A DNA stretch of 64,000 nt from Penicillus capitatus (lineage: Eukaryota; Plantae; Chlorophyta): NCBI GenBank assembly GCA_965649825.1, contig OZ287697.1:1536351-1600350 (forward strand). The letters run 5' to 3'. Shown here one piece after another: positions 48,252-60,900 of this stretch. The notes under the pieces were generated by a model that saw only the letters and a program-made list of their open reading frames with translations, did not search any database and had not been told where the DNA came from. The position numbers were made by a program, and so were the translations under genes. Positions within the stretch are counted from its first letter, which is position 1; each line of letters begins with the position of its first letter.

Positions 48252-49289
48252 CGAAAGTCGACAACACAAGGGGATCTTCTCGCGACACGCTCAGTCTGAA
48301 GTCTTTCAAAGTAAAACCAAGGCTCTCTAGGTGCTTCAACTGCAGTTCTGAGCGAATGAGAAGAGCATCGTATAAGTACTGCTGGCGGATAGGATCGATG
48401 CCTACAATAGTCGCCCGCGTCGGATCTAGTTATTTATCAAAATCGCCTTGAACACTCGACGTCTCATCGGGCTCTGCGAGCATGAGTGCAATGCGCAAAC
48501 TCTTTGCTGTCGTCGCACGGTCTGTTGGCAACGAGCCTCCCGAATCGTTGGTCGGTTTTGGCACTCGGACGTCGAAAACAGTGAGATGCGACGACGGTTT
48601 AGAACGTCAGTCCTTGCTTGGCTGTTCGCGCAAATCCTAAAACCGTCTTCTGTCCGGCACTTCTATGATACTTCTGAATCGCACTAACGGTTAGATGGTG
48701 ACGTTCATCGACACGTCTGTCCTGCGGAGAGCAACTAAGAGCATGGAGCATGGAGGCACTCCGGCGCCACGAACTACCAGCCTCTGGGATTTACGACCAC
48801 ACTTTCAGCACACTGTCCTCAGAGCCCTCAAGCACCGCGAGCCACTGTTAACGCACACAACGAAGAGTCAGTCTCTCTCCATGGTCTTCGTTTTTGAAGT
48901 AGATATTTTGAGCTTAGTTGCCACTTAGAGAGAGACATGAAAAGAACATGGTTCTGTTTTCTGCTCAAGCAAAGCATTATCCCTTCTTATCCACTACTGA
49001 GCATCTGAGCATCTTCCTGAGTGCTCGAACAACTGCGAGGGCGGATTCTTCTTTACTCCTCATGCCAGGGTTTGTTTGCATGATGTGACTGATCCTTCGA
49101 CAGCAAGCTCGTAGCACCCGTACACTGCATGCGTCCAAACTGTACGACGGTGGCGTTTTGGATCTCAAGGAGTCGGAATTCATGGGCGTCTCTCCAAATT
49201 CCGAAACAAAGGATCGCTCGCACAGAGCCTGCATTCATCTTACTCATTCTGAAGCTGTGATCGACGGGTGACTGTCCCAAGACCATCCA

Positions 49290-50285
49290 GTGAAAGACGA
49301 GGGCACGATCATTGCCCAGGGAGGCTCAGATGTGATCCTGCGGCATTCGGCCCTGAATAGGAACAAGGCAAAGATAGACGGGGCCATCACTTTGCGGGAC
49401 ATGACAGCCTTCATGCAGAATATGACGGCGACTTCGTGGCCATCTCAAGAGAGCGGCGGAGGCATCTATGCAACAAACTCGAGCATCCGGGCGGATCGAA
49501 TCACACTGAAGGCGGACAGTCGGCAATGCTGGGGGTGGCATTTGCGCCGAGGGCCAGACCAGGCTCGATGTGCGCGATGCCACATTCAAACGGAACAAAG
49601 CGCGAATCGGAGGGGCGATCTGTGCAAAGGAGAAAGCGGCAAAACGTCTCGTCCGTGTGCTTTTCACACATAACTCGGCAGAAGAAAACGGCGGGCGTCG
49701 CTTACTTGAAGCGAACGTGACCTTCACCGAATGCACCTCCACAAACGGGAGGGCAGTGGATGGGGGTCCCTTCCCATCCGAGACAGCGAGACCATCGACT
49801 TCGAACGCTCGACACCGGAAGACGGCCAGGCCAGAGCAGACGGCGGATGCCTCCAGGCAAACCAAGGCCACTTCAAGCTTGAGAATGTCACGCTGCCAGA
49901 ATGCGTTTCCAATGTTGACGATGGTGCCATGCGGCTCATGAACGCCGCTGCTGACATCGCCCATTTCACCACGATGTTCAACCGAGCAAAAGATGATGGT
50001 GGATTTCTGTTTGCCGAATTCTCCACGATTAATGGGAAGGGACTTAACGCCCATGTAATCGAATGGTGGCGTTTGCCTGAGTCTAAGGAATGGATGGATC
50101 TCATGTCCTTCAAAAGCATGGTCCGGATCGATCGCACGTTCTGGACACGAGCTACATCCAAGATGACACTTTCTCAAAGAGATCACCGTCCGTCTCTGTG
50201 CGGCATTGCATGTAACTGTCTTCAACACGCCAACTTCACATCTGTCAAGCCAAATAATAAGCAGTGCGGTGCCAGGAACGCCTGA
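49290..50285 (+). pseudogene. Frameshifted beta-helix fragment most similar to P3
   Basis: DGGCLQANQGHFKLENVTL...AMRLMNAAADI...RAKDDGGFLFAEFST matches P3 DGGCLHAHRSHFILHNVTL...RAGDDGGCLYAEFST. Split over three frames. Confidence 0.8.
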
Positions 50286-51096
50286 CACTCTGCTCATAGT
50301 ACGAGCAGGCTGAAGATAGGCACCCATCGACGAGTAGTGTTGCCTATACAGTCAAGAGCGGCAGAAACGCCCCTAATCATGCTACAGACATGTCTGTGGA
50401 TGTATCTCTGCCAGATGCGCTGGGTCTCGGTCGACTTCATCTTCAACCAACATAACGGCTTCAGTTTGGATGAACCCTGAACCGTGAGAGTTTCACGTGT
50501 TCTCACAAGTGTGATGAATTACCGTCGATCGCGTTTCCGTCGAGAATCCGGTTCCGTTCTTCTCGCGAACACAGTGGACGTGTAAGCTGCGAGTCGAAAA
50601 CGAGTAAACGGTCTGCTTCGGTGCTGGCACTCCAGATGCACAGCCTCAAGCCATACCCGCCAACGTCGTGTCAGCGCGACACCGCGAAGCACAGCTCTGT
50701 AACAGCGAAGCCGGCGACGGCTTCAACGCTGTCACCAGGGTTACAGCCGGTAGACGCTGGTGTCCTTGATGAGCAAAGCTTGTGGCCTGTGGGGGTCGGT
50801 TCATGCCAACACGTGGGGCTTTGCTTGATCTGAAAAGACATCCACAGTGGACTACGCGACGAACAAACGCTCGAAGAAGGGAGCTGCGTTTGTCCGTGTT
50901 CCTGTCGGGAGAGAGACGCGTGCATGGAGCATGAACTCGGACGCGTGGTCGCCGGACCAGTTGCGTCGTAGCTGCGTTAGGAATGTTTCTCGTCACAGCT
51001 TCCAGCGATTTCCATGCAGCTGGGCTCTTCCCGACTACAAAAGCCGCATAGTTTGCAAACGTCTGTTGAAGTTTTCGTTCAGTAGTCCGACGAAAA

Positions 51097-54000
51097 ATGC
51101 GACGCCGTTCACTTGGTCTGTTGTTGACGTGTGTGATGCTTGGCTCAAACGCGAGCGCATGCTCGTGTCCGACGCACCATCTCCGTCGAGCTGTGGCTGC
51201 GGCAACGGCGGAAGATGCCTCGGCCGAGTGTTTCTTCTGTGAATCCTCGGCCTCGAATCCGTCCACGGTCTCCGAAATGACGCCATCTGCGCCGCCTCGT
51301 GCGACGAAGACTGCCTCATTCCCGACGAAGCGCGAGGACGAAGCGGCGCATTCGTCTCTCGCGTCGCAGACGAGCATGGCTGCTGAGGAGGAACGTCTCT
51401 CTGTTGCTGTGCGAGGTCGGAGCGAGAACCGTTCCCTGCGACAAAATGATGGCCTCGACGACGAAGCTCCCGACAGTGAGATCCTTGCTCTCTTCGAGAA
51501 CACGTTCTTGACGCCAAATCTCTTTGTCTCAGGCCTTCCTTGTTCGCTGACTAAACGGACCCTTAGAAAACACCTGAACGAAACGACGAGAACGTGGCGC
51601 ATCAGCCGTTCACTTCTTGATGAGGTCGAGGATGACATCCAAGTCATTGTCAACTGTACGAGGCCAGGCGACGTCTTAACCTTCACCGCGAGGAGAATCC
51701 GACCGTCTTCGCGCGTCGTCATTCCGTGGCCACTGACGTTAACAGCCCCAGTGGGCAGTTCCGAAGTCGAGGAAGGCGTGTTTCCTCGTTCTGGCACAAA
51801 GGCGCCGTTCACTTGCCCAAACAGAAGAGAGGGCGTCTTCTCAGTGAAGTGCGTTTTAAGTTACCGCATCTGCTTTTGTCTGAGTCGATCTGGCGTTCAG
51901 GTCAGCGGGTGTCCTTTTTGCCAATCTGTTGTTCGAGGGCTGCTTGCTCGAGTCTGGGAGTTCGAGGTCAATTGTGGAAGTCGAAAGTTGTTCTTCCAGT
52001 CGCATCAGAGGCACAACTCAGTTTCACCATGTCAGCTTCAGAAAGAACACGCTGATCAAAGGAACGGGACTCGTAATGCAGTCTCCATCTTGCTCTGAGC
52101 TGGAGTTGAGCGATTTCGTCTTCGAGAACAACACCTGCGACGGCCTCTGCGGTGTGATCATGTCCAGACGAAATCAATTAACAGACGTCGTCATTCGGCA
52201 CAACACACAGATTGACTCCGAGAACGCCAACACAATAGTGTTCTTTGCGCCTCCTGGATCAAAGTCGTCAGTGGACCGCATGATCAGTTCAGAGAACAGA
52301 TGTTCAAGCATCGCAGTTCAGAATGGATCTCTCAACATGACACGTTCTACATTCGCCCAGAATTCGATCGCACTTTACCAGGATGGTGTGGGCGTTACAT
52401 CCCTCATCTTGACCTCGGCGTCAGTGTCGATCAAGGAATGCCAATTTCAACAGAACACGGCTCCCATGGGAGGTGCCTTTGCCATATCAGGATCGAATGT
52501 CACCTTTACTGACAGCATTTTTAACGCAAATGTCGCTATAAAGGGAGGAGGAGTCATGGTGTTTGGAAATAGCAGCACAGTCCGGATTCAGTCCTGCAAC
52601 TTCTCCATGAATGAAGCTCTCGAGTTTGGTGGCGTGCTAGTGGCGATAGAGTCTCGGTTGATTGTCGCGGACTCCTTTCTGGAGAAGAACTCTGCAAACA
52701 AAACTGGTGGCTGTATTTTTCTGGGTAGCTCGAGTAAGCTTACAATGTCATCCACTGTGATGATGAACAATGAAGCTGCTGATGGCGGTGCTCTTGCGCT
52801 CGCGGGAAACGCATTGGGAAATGTGATGAATTCGTCCTTCCATGAATACTGCAGACCAATTAGGCGGCGCTGTGTACTTACAAGAATCTGTCCTCTCAGT
52901 TCAGAAGTGCAACCTCACTAAAGGATCTGCGAAATTTGGCGGTGGAATCTACTCATACTTATCAAATGTCTTTGTCGAGGATACCTCTGCATCTGAACTG
53001 TCTGCAGTTGAGTCGTCTGGTGGATTTGTCAGTGGGCTTACTTCAGCGATTCGCATAAGTAATTGCTCATTCTCGGACAATGTGGCTCATGTTGGTGGTG
53101 TGATTGATTGCCGCGAATGTAGTTTCTCGGACACTAGATCAAAGTACTCCCGCAATTCGGCAGACGTTGGTGGAGTTATTAGCCTTTCGGCCAACTCATC
53201 AGGCGGCATCACCGATTGCCAGTTCGAGAACAGTACATCCAAGATCGGCAGTGCCCTTTACGTCCTTGACTCTGTGCTCTCTGTCCAGAAGTGCAGCTTC
53301 ATTGATGGATCTGCAGAACTCGGAGGGGCAATCTTCTCACACTCTTCGAATGTCTCTGTCGAGGACACCTCTGCATCTGACCAGTATGCAGCTGATGGCG
53401 GTGGATTCTTCACTGGTCAAACTTCTGAGATACACATAAAGAACTGCTCGTTCTCGGACACCAAGGCTGGTGTGAGAGGAGGCGTGCTTTACCTCGAAGA
53501 CGATTGCAGTTTCTCAGACGCGAGATCGCGTTACTCCAACAACTCGGCAGATTTGGGTGGAGCCATTTATCTCTCTAAAAACTCCTCAGGGACCATCGCC
53601 GATTGCCACTTTGACAACAGCACTGCAGACCAATTCGGTGGCGCTGTGTACTTAAATGAATCTGTCCTCTCAGTTCAGAAGTGCAACCTCACTAAAGGAT
53701 CTGCGAAATTTGGCGGTGGAATCTACTCATACTATTCAAATGTCTTTGTCGAGGATACCTCTGCATCTGAACTGTCTGCAGTTGAGTGGTCTGGTGGATT
53801 TGTCAGTGGGCTTACTTCAGAGATTCGCATAAGTAATTGCTCATTCTCGGACAATGTGGCTCATTTTGGTGGTGTGATTGATTGCGGTCGCGAATGTAGT
53901 TTCTCGGACACTAGATCAAAGTACTTCCGCAATTCGGCAGACGTTGGTGGAGTTATTAGCCTTTCGGACAACTCATCAGGCGACATGACCGATTGCCAGT

Positions 54001-57000
54001 TCGAGAACAACACTGCAGACCAATTCGGTGGCGCTATATACGTCCATGAATCCGTCCTCTATGTTCAGAAGTGTCACTTCACCGATGGATCTGCAGAGTT
54101 TGGCGGAGCAATCAGTGCAATCTCGTCTGACGTCTCTATCCGGAAGACTGACGCTTTTAACATGTCTGCCAGTGAGCAAGGCGGTGCTGTCTTCTTCTCC
54201 AAATCTGTCTTCAAGATAAGCAACACCCAGATCTTACAATGCAGAGCACGGACTGATGGTGGTGCCCTTATGGGCAAAGAATCATCGAGGCTGCTCTGCA
54301 GTGGCTGCACTCTAATCGGCAACAAAGCAAGCCACGGCGGCGCCATATCCTTCAAGTATAGCGACACTCGATTCATTCTCCTGCAGCTGGAAAACAGTAA
54401 TGTCCTCAACAACTCAGCTGAGTATGGAGGTAATTTTTGGTAAGCCAACAGAAAGAGATTCACACTGTTGTTCTTTACTTAGGAGGGATCCAAATCTCTG
54501 CCGAAATGGAGTCCATTTTCCAGAAGTGTCGGACAGAAGAAGCTATATGTGGAGTTGCTGCTGCGGCTAACACTTCGATGGTGGACAACAGAGCACAGTT
54601 GGCAGGCGGTGCTATCTTCATCGACACAATTGCTGGTCTCCGATTGAACTGCCCAGACGAATCAAAAGATCACGGACTGCAATTCTACGCAAAGAAACAG
54701 TGGAAGTTCATGAAGCGCCTGACATCTATCGACGACATCTGCCCATCTTGGAAAAACAACACAGCTGAGAGATACGGACCGGATGTGGCGTCCTCCGTAT
54801 CAGATATCCACAAGGAGATCACCGATGAAGAGACAGGTGTGTTAAGACTGGTGAATGGGAATGATTACACCATACACAGCCACAGAAGCGGAAAACCAAT
54901 TCCCGTGATTAGCTTAACATCAGTGGATGAGCTTGGACAAGGCCCGGCTGTTGGGGAGAATAATAAAGACATCGAGGCCGTGATGTCCTCAGCTGATGGA
55001 TTCTTCGTTGGCAGTGTTCGCAAGCCTCTGGGCGTCGAAGGCGGGAATCTCACTGCCAATGGCTTCGTGCAGCCTGGCATGTACACAGTTCAGATTGAGT
55101 TTGAAGGAGCAGACCTGAAGAGCTTCAAGATCAGTGTGGAGGTGAAGCCATGTGACATTGGCGAAGTTACTTCCAGAAATGGAACGTTGTGCGTCTCTTG
55201 CAACGCTGTCTCTTTTAATTTTTCTCCGGAAGAGGATCTGGAATGCCATCCGTGTCCAGAAAACGGAGACTGCAGCAGTCAAGTCATCTTGCCAAACAAA
55301 GGGTACTGGCATCGAACTCCTTGCTCAGAGCGCATTCAGAGATGTCTCGCAATAGAAGTTTGTGACAGTGACAGTCGAGAAAACGCGTTAGCAGAACTCA
55401 CACAAGATGTACAGACATGTCAATTTGACGATCAGTACCTACAGGACTACATAGAGGCGCAGTGCAGAGAGGTGCACTTCAAGTTTGTCTAAAGATTTCA
55501 TCAAACGTTGTCTGGTTTCAGGGGCATGAAGGGCCACTCTGTGGATCCTGCAAGGAGTCTTACGGCAAGTCCCACTCTCATCTCTGCGAAGAATGCCGAT
55601 CAGATGCTGCTGATGTCGTCTTAGTCGTTCTGTCATTTCTTGTCCTATTGGTTTTGTCCAGCATCACCATTAGAAGTAACCTCATCTCTGTCTCTTCATC
55701 GCAGCAGGGACAGCAAAGACAAACTACTCCTCAGTTTTCGGCTGCCTCCACCAGCACCTACACAGTTCCAGCCGAGAGGAGAATAGAATTGGCAGTCATG
55801 CAAGAGATCAGGGAAGAAGACTCGACTTCTGATCGCAATCAAGAAGCTGGTACTGGTCAGCCTTCTAAAGATGCAGAGCTCTCTAAATGGAAGGCAATTG
55901 AGCTCTTAAAGGTTACTCTTTCCTCTGTCACATGTTGTGTCCATTCATTATGACTGTTCTGCAGATTACAGTGAACTTTCTGCAGGTCACAGCCATAGCT
56001 GTGGCAATCGATGCTCAGTGGACATTCGCATTAATTGCACTTTTCCAAACTGCAGGTAAGTAAACAACGACTCTGCTCGAAAGTTTCTGAACATGTCGTA
56101 TGTGCTGCAGAGTTCGTCAGTGCCATCACATCGGAAGCCGTCAATCGATCTGTCGACTGCCTCATCCCAGCAGGAACGCATCTGCAGCGATCAGTCGCCA
56201 GTACACTGGTAGATGCATCGCAGCCGATTGCATGCATCTTCGTTTTCATCGTTTTCTGGCTGGTGATCAAGATCAAACGCAAAGGGTCATGGACGCATCT
56301 CCTGAGGAAGTGTATCCTCAGCGCACTCGTCGTCTTCTACGTCAGTTACATTTCCATCACCAAGACGCTCATCGACATCCTCAACTGCGTCGAAGTCCAT
56401 GACTCGATCACAGTTGGGATTGATGGGACAACAGACTACTGGGCAGTGGACACCAGTGTTGAATGCTACGAGGGATCGCATGCCGCGCTGGCTTATCTGC
56501 TGGCGTGGCCATTCCTCGTCATCTTCACCTTCGGATTTCCACTCTCTGTCGCATTCCTCGTCGCAAAGAAGGTTAAAGAAGACTACAAGGATGGATGGAT
56601 CTACGAAGTCAGCGGCTTCGTCTACCGATCCTACAGCCAAAGATACATCTTCTGGGAATCGGTGATCATGATCAGGAAAGCGCTTCTCGCCGTCGTGGTC
56701 GTCTTCTCCTACGAACTGGGATTCGTCATCCAAGCTGTTCTGGCCTCCTTCGTCCTGATCATGGCCCTCTACCTTCAGACTAAATGTCGTCCTTACCGAG
56801 TCGAGTTTGATTCACTCAATGACGTGGAGAGTCTTTCCATTATGATTTCTTCTCTCACGTTTACGTTCAGCACTTTTTTTGGAGTCGAACACGTCTCAGA
56901 TGAGGTTCGTGTGCTCATCAGTGTTCTTCTGGTCTTCACAAACATTCTTTTCTTTCTTTACCTCCTCACTCATTCTGCTAAGTTTGCAGCCGAGTACCTC

Positions 57001-57165
57001 AAGACTGTACTGACTAGAGAAGGAATCCGCGTCTCGGCAACAGACGACACATTTCGGATTCTCGCAACCTATTTGATTGATTACCTGTTTATGAATGTTA
57101 AGAACGTTCTGATGAGATGGGGCAAATCTGCCAGGTCTCGTCGCTATCGTCGTTCTGAGCTTTGA
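51097..57165 (+). CDS. P5: paralog with an apparent 2-nt deletion frameshift at ~52845 (pseudogene or assembly error)
   Basis: Signal peptide MRRRSLGLLLTCVMLGSNASA and family intron positions. ORF 51929-52921 and ORF 52842-54443 overlap in different frames. Repeat copies read F-x-x-N-T/S-TADQ, implying loss of GA from CATGAGAAT. Confidence 0.78.
52848..54170 (+). repeat. Intragenic tandem duplication in P5 (A-B-A'-B', unit ~387 nt)
   Basis: 52848-53231 and 53622-54011 are nearly identical (period ~774 nt). The intervening and following blocks are more diverged copies. Confidence 0.9.
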
Positions 57166-57959
57166 AGTGGCTGCATCATGTTTCACATGTCGATTTGTGG
57201 GGGAATGAAGAAAAGAGATCGAAGTTCTCTACCCTTCATCGTATCGACGATGTCGGGCATCTTAAGGGGACAGAAGTTGTTGTCGAACATGAGTTTAAAC
57301 AGAAGCGTCTCATTGTTTTGCAGATTAGCCTTTCCATCTTCGTCTTCGATTCGCTGAGATCACCGACTACTTGATGCGGAATGCATAGGAACAATGCTTC
57401 ATTTCCAACGGGGCATCTCGATCCAGATTCGGACACCTGCAGAACGCAGCAGGATACAAAGGCTGCATCGTTTATTCGGATTCTCTCTCTGGACAGAGAA
57501 AGATCGCCTTCACCTGTCCACACCGACGGCTTCTGTTTCTTCGCAGACATCTCTTGGTGCTTGTCTAACGGCAGAGATTCGAATGTTGCCTCCATAACGC
57601 AAAAAGTGTGATAAAGTGTGAGAACGTTTACGACATCGGCACAGATCTGTATCGTCGTAGGTCTCACTCAAGGCCAGAAGCACCGTCCGTCTGGCAAACT
57701 CCGAAGAGACAGACGCGATGTCAGCCAAAGATTCGTCTAACAGAGCCTCTATGTCACACAATCTGTGAAGGGAGATTCGATTCGACGTCTCTTACACGAG
57801 CGCGTTTTCTCTCGTAGGACGTCACGAAAAGCACAGCAGAGCGTGTCGGGTTTCTGAGCAATCAAGTACACCACAAGCCGTAAAACGTCTGCGCGAACAT
57901 CTGCGATGGGGATTGCTCTGTGTGAAGACAAAGAGCGAAGCGGACCTGTCGACGAAGGG

Positions 57960-60900
57960 CAGCTGAACAGTGACGATGTTCTTTGGTCGAGACTCTTCAC
58001 TGAGCGTCTCGTTCTTCGAAGTCAAGGAAGCCGCTCTGCGTATCGCACCGCGACGTCATTTTGAAGGAAACGGTTCAGTGGCTAAGGAGGAGCACTTGTA
58101 GACGCAGCTCTGTGTCGACTGCTTCGGCATTCGAAAAGCGAAGGTTGATGGCAGACGCTGCTCAGTGCAACATCGCACTGAGAAGATAACTCTCACCTGG
58201 AGATCGAGTCAACAAAGGCCTTATTTCAGGCTTCGGCAGGAAGTGCATGCTATCGGCAACTTCATCATATGTGTTCGGGTTCTGGTGAAAAAGTATTGGC
58301 AGCTCGCGACGAGAGCTGCCGGGAACATCTGTCCGTGCTTTGCAGAACTTGAGACGTATTCTCTTCCTGTGTGCTTACCATGATTGAATCTTCGTTGACG
58401 GTTTTGCTGCTAAATGAGAGAGGGTCACACTTTTAACTGTGTGACAGACTCGGTGCTAATGGTTTCGCGCGCACGAGCGATAACGCATCTGATTCACCTC
58501 TTAACGCAACAGTCAGTATTACATCTCACACATTCATCTCGTTGTGAAATTGCTTAGCGACTGAGAATCATTGTCTTGTGGATACTGTCGTTTAAATGAA
58601 GGTCTTAATGAACGCAAACGTGTTTGGATGTGCACCTAGTGACTTGCACCCCTAGTGGGATTGACAGTGACCGAGGTTCTGCGGCGGCCACTGCCACGGT
58701 GGCGACACAGAGAAAGAAAACCCTGCTTGAACAGGACAAAGATGTGATCGGTTACGTAGACTCTGATAATGTGATGTGGTCCTGAACGGGGATCGAATGC
58801 CACGCCTTCGTTGACCAATGTCATCCTCAAATACGTGGCACCAAAGCTGACGAAACAGCAGAGAAAGCAGAACAGCAGCGTGGCGTTGGACACGACAACA
58901 CCCAGTGTCACCAGGACTCGAACGACCGAGGAGACTCTGTCTTCGCTGAAGAAGATGCTCGAGACAAAGGTCAGCGAGGACACGAGAATCGAGGCTCCCT
59001 CCAATTCGTTCAGGACGTCAAAATCGTGGCGGTACGGACGGCAGACTATCTGCACGTACAGGGCCAGAATCAGGACGAACACTGCAAGAAGGTGCTGCAG
59101 ATCGGCGCCCAGTGGGTAAGAGAAAACGACAACGACGGCCAGGATGGCCTTCCGCAGCAGGATGATCGATTCCCAGAAGATGTACTTCTTCTCGTACGAT
59201 CGGTAAAGGAAACCGGCAACGTCGTAGACCCATCCCTCTTTGTAGTCTTCCTTGACGTTGCAAACAGTGAGGTGACCAATGACGGCGGGAAAGCCAAAAG
59301 TGAAGATGACCAAGAACGGCCATCCCAGGACACCTGCCAGGACTGCGTGGGATCCCTCGTAGCACTTGATCGCGGTGTCGACCGACCAGTAATCCGTCGT
59401 GTGGTCGACGCCGACGGAGACTGAGTCGTGGACTCTGATGCAGCTGAGGATGTTGACGAGAGACTTGCTCAGCGAGATGTAGCTGATGTAGAAGATGACG
59501 AGGGCACTCAGGGTAACCTTCTTCAGCAGATAGATCCACGTCTTCTGGTAGCAGGTCTTGATCATGAACCAGAAGATGGCGTAGACGAGGATGGCGGCGA
59601 GGGGCTGGAAGATGTCGACCAGAGTGCTTCCTATGGATCGTTCGATCGAGGCAGTCGAAGGAATGATGCAGTCCACGGAACGATTGACGGCTTCGGATGT
59701 GATGCCGCTGACGAACTCTGCGGATAAGACAACGCATTCATCGTCTGTTTGATGTCATGGTGATCCCTTACCGGCGGCTTCGAACATGGCGATGATGGCG
59801 AGGGTCCACTCGACGTTGACAGCAATGGCAATTGCCGTCACCTGAAGAAAGTTCACCGTTATCTGCACACAACAGCCAAGACTGTCACTCCTTCAGTGCG
59901 AGATGGATGTGCAGATATGACCTTGAACATCTCGACTGCTTTCCATTTTGCGAGTTCCGCTTCTTCAAGGCTCTGATCGGGATCGCTTCCTTGTTCCTGA
60001 TCGCTTTTCTGACCGTATCGAGAGCTCAGAAATTTGCTAGGCACGTGCCCAGTGACCATCATCTCTACCATCTGTTCGTTGACCGGAACCGGACGCTCAC
60101 TCGCAGAAGCGACGGGTGGCTGAGAAGAGGATCCCTGCTGCGGCGAAGGCGAAGGCGATGCGGCGGCAGCGGCAGGAGTCTTTCGATTGCTTCTGACTGT
60201 GAAGCTTGACAGTCCCATCAGAACGAGAAAGGAGACAAAGATCAGAGCGAAGTTACCGAATCCCGAGAAGCACTTCTCGCAGAGGAAGGAGTGCGTCTTT
60301 CCATAAGACTCCTTGCATGAACCACAGAGAGGTCCATCATGTCCCTGTGATACAAGTGTCTGAGGGGCTGAGATGACATCCAGACTCACCTCTCTGCACT
60401 GCGCCTCTGCGTAGTTCTCGAGAGATTCCTCGTCAAAGTCACAGCTCTCCACGTCTCTGGTCGCCTCAATCATGTCTTGCTGCCTGTCTTCGGAGTCGCA
60501 GCCGTCGGATGCGAGACACCTCTGGATGTGTTCGGAGCACGGTGTCTTGTGCCAGTATCCCTTCTTCGGCAGAATCACTCGGGTCTCGCAGTTGCCGTTC
60601 TCGGGACACGGGTGGCAAGCAAGGTCGTCGTTCGGATGAAAGCTGAAAGCAGATGTCGTGCAGGGCTCGCAGAAGGTGCCGTTTCCCGATGGCACTTCTC
60701 CCATGTCACAGTTCTTCACTTCGACGGTGATCTCCATACTCTCGATCTGCTCTTGGTCGAATTCGACGACGACCTTGTAGGTGCCAGGCGTCGCAAACCC
60801 GGTGGTGGTGAGATGGACAAGATCCTGGTTCAAGAGCACCCCAGTGCGCCCGTCAAACAATCCATCTGGCGAAGACATCGAGGCCAGAACCTCTTTGTTG

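Noticed and set aside
5595-57165. Non-standard genetic code (TAA/TAG = Gln, as in some ulvophyte algae)
   Set aside because: Long ORFs translate without internal TAA/TAG, and paralogs end at comparable positions with TAG (P1), TAA (P2) or TGA.
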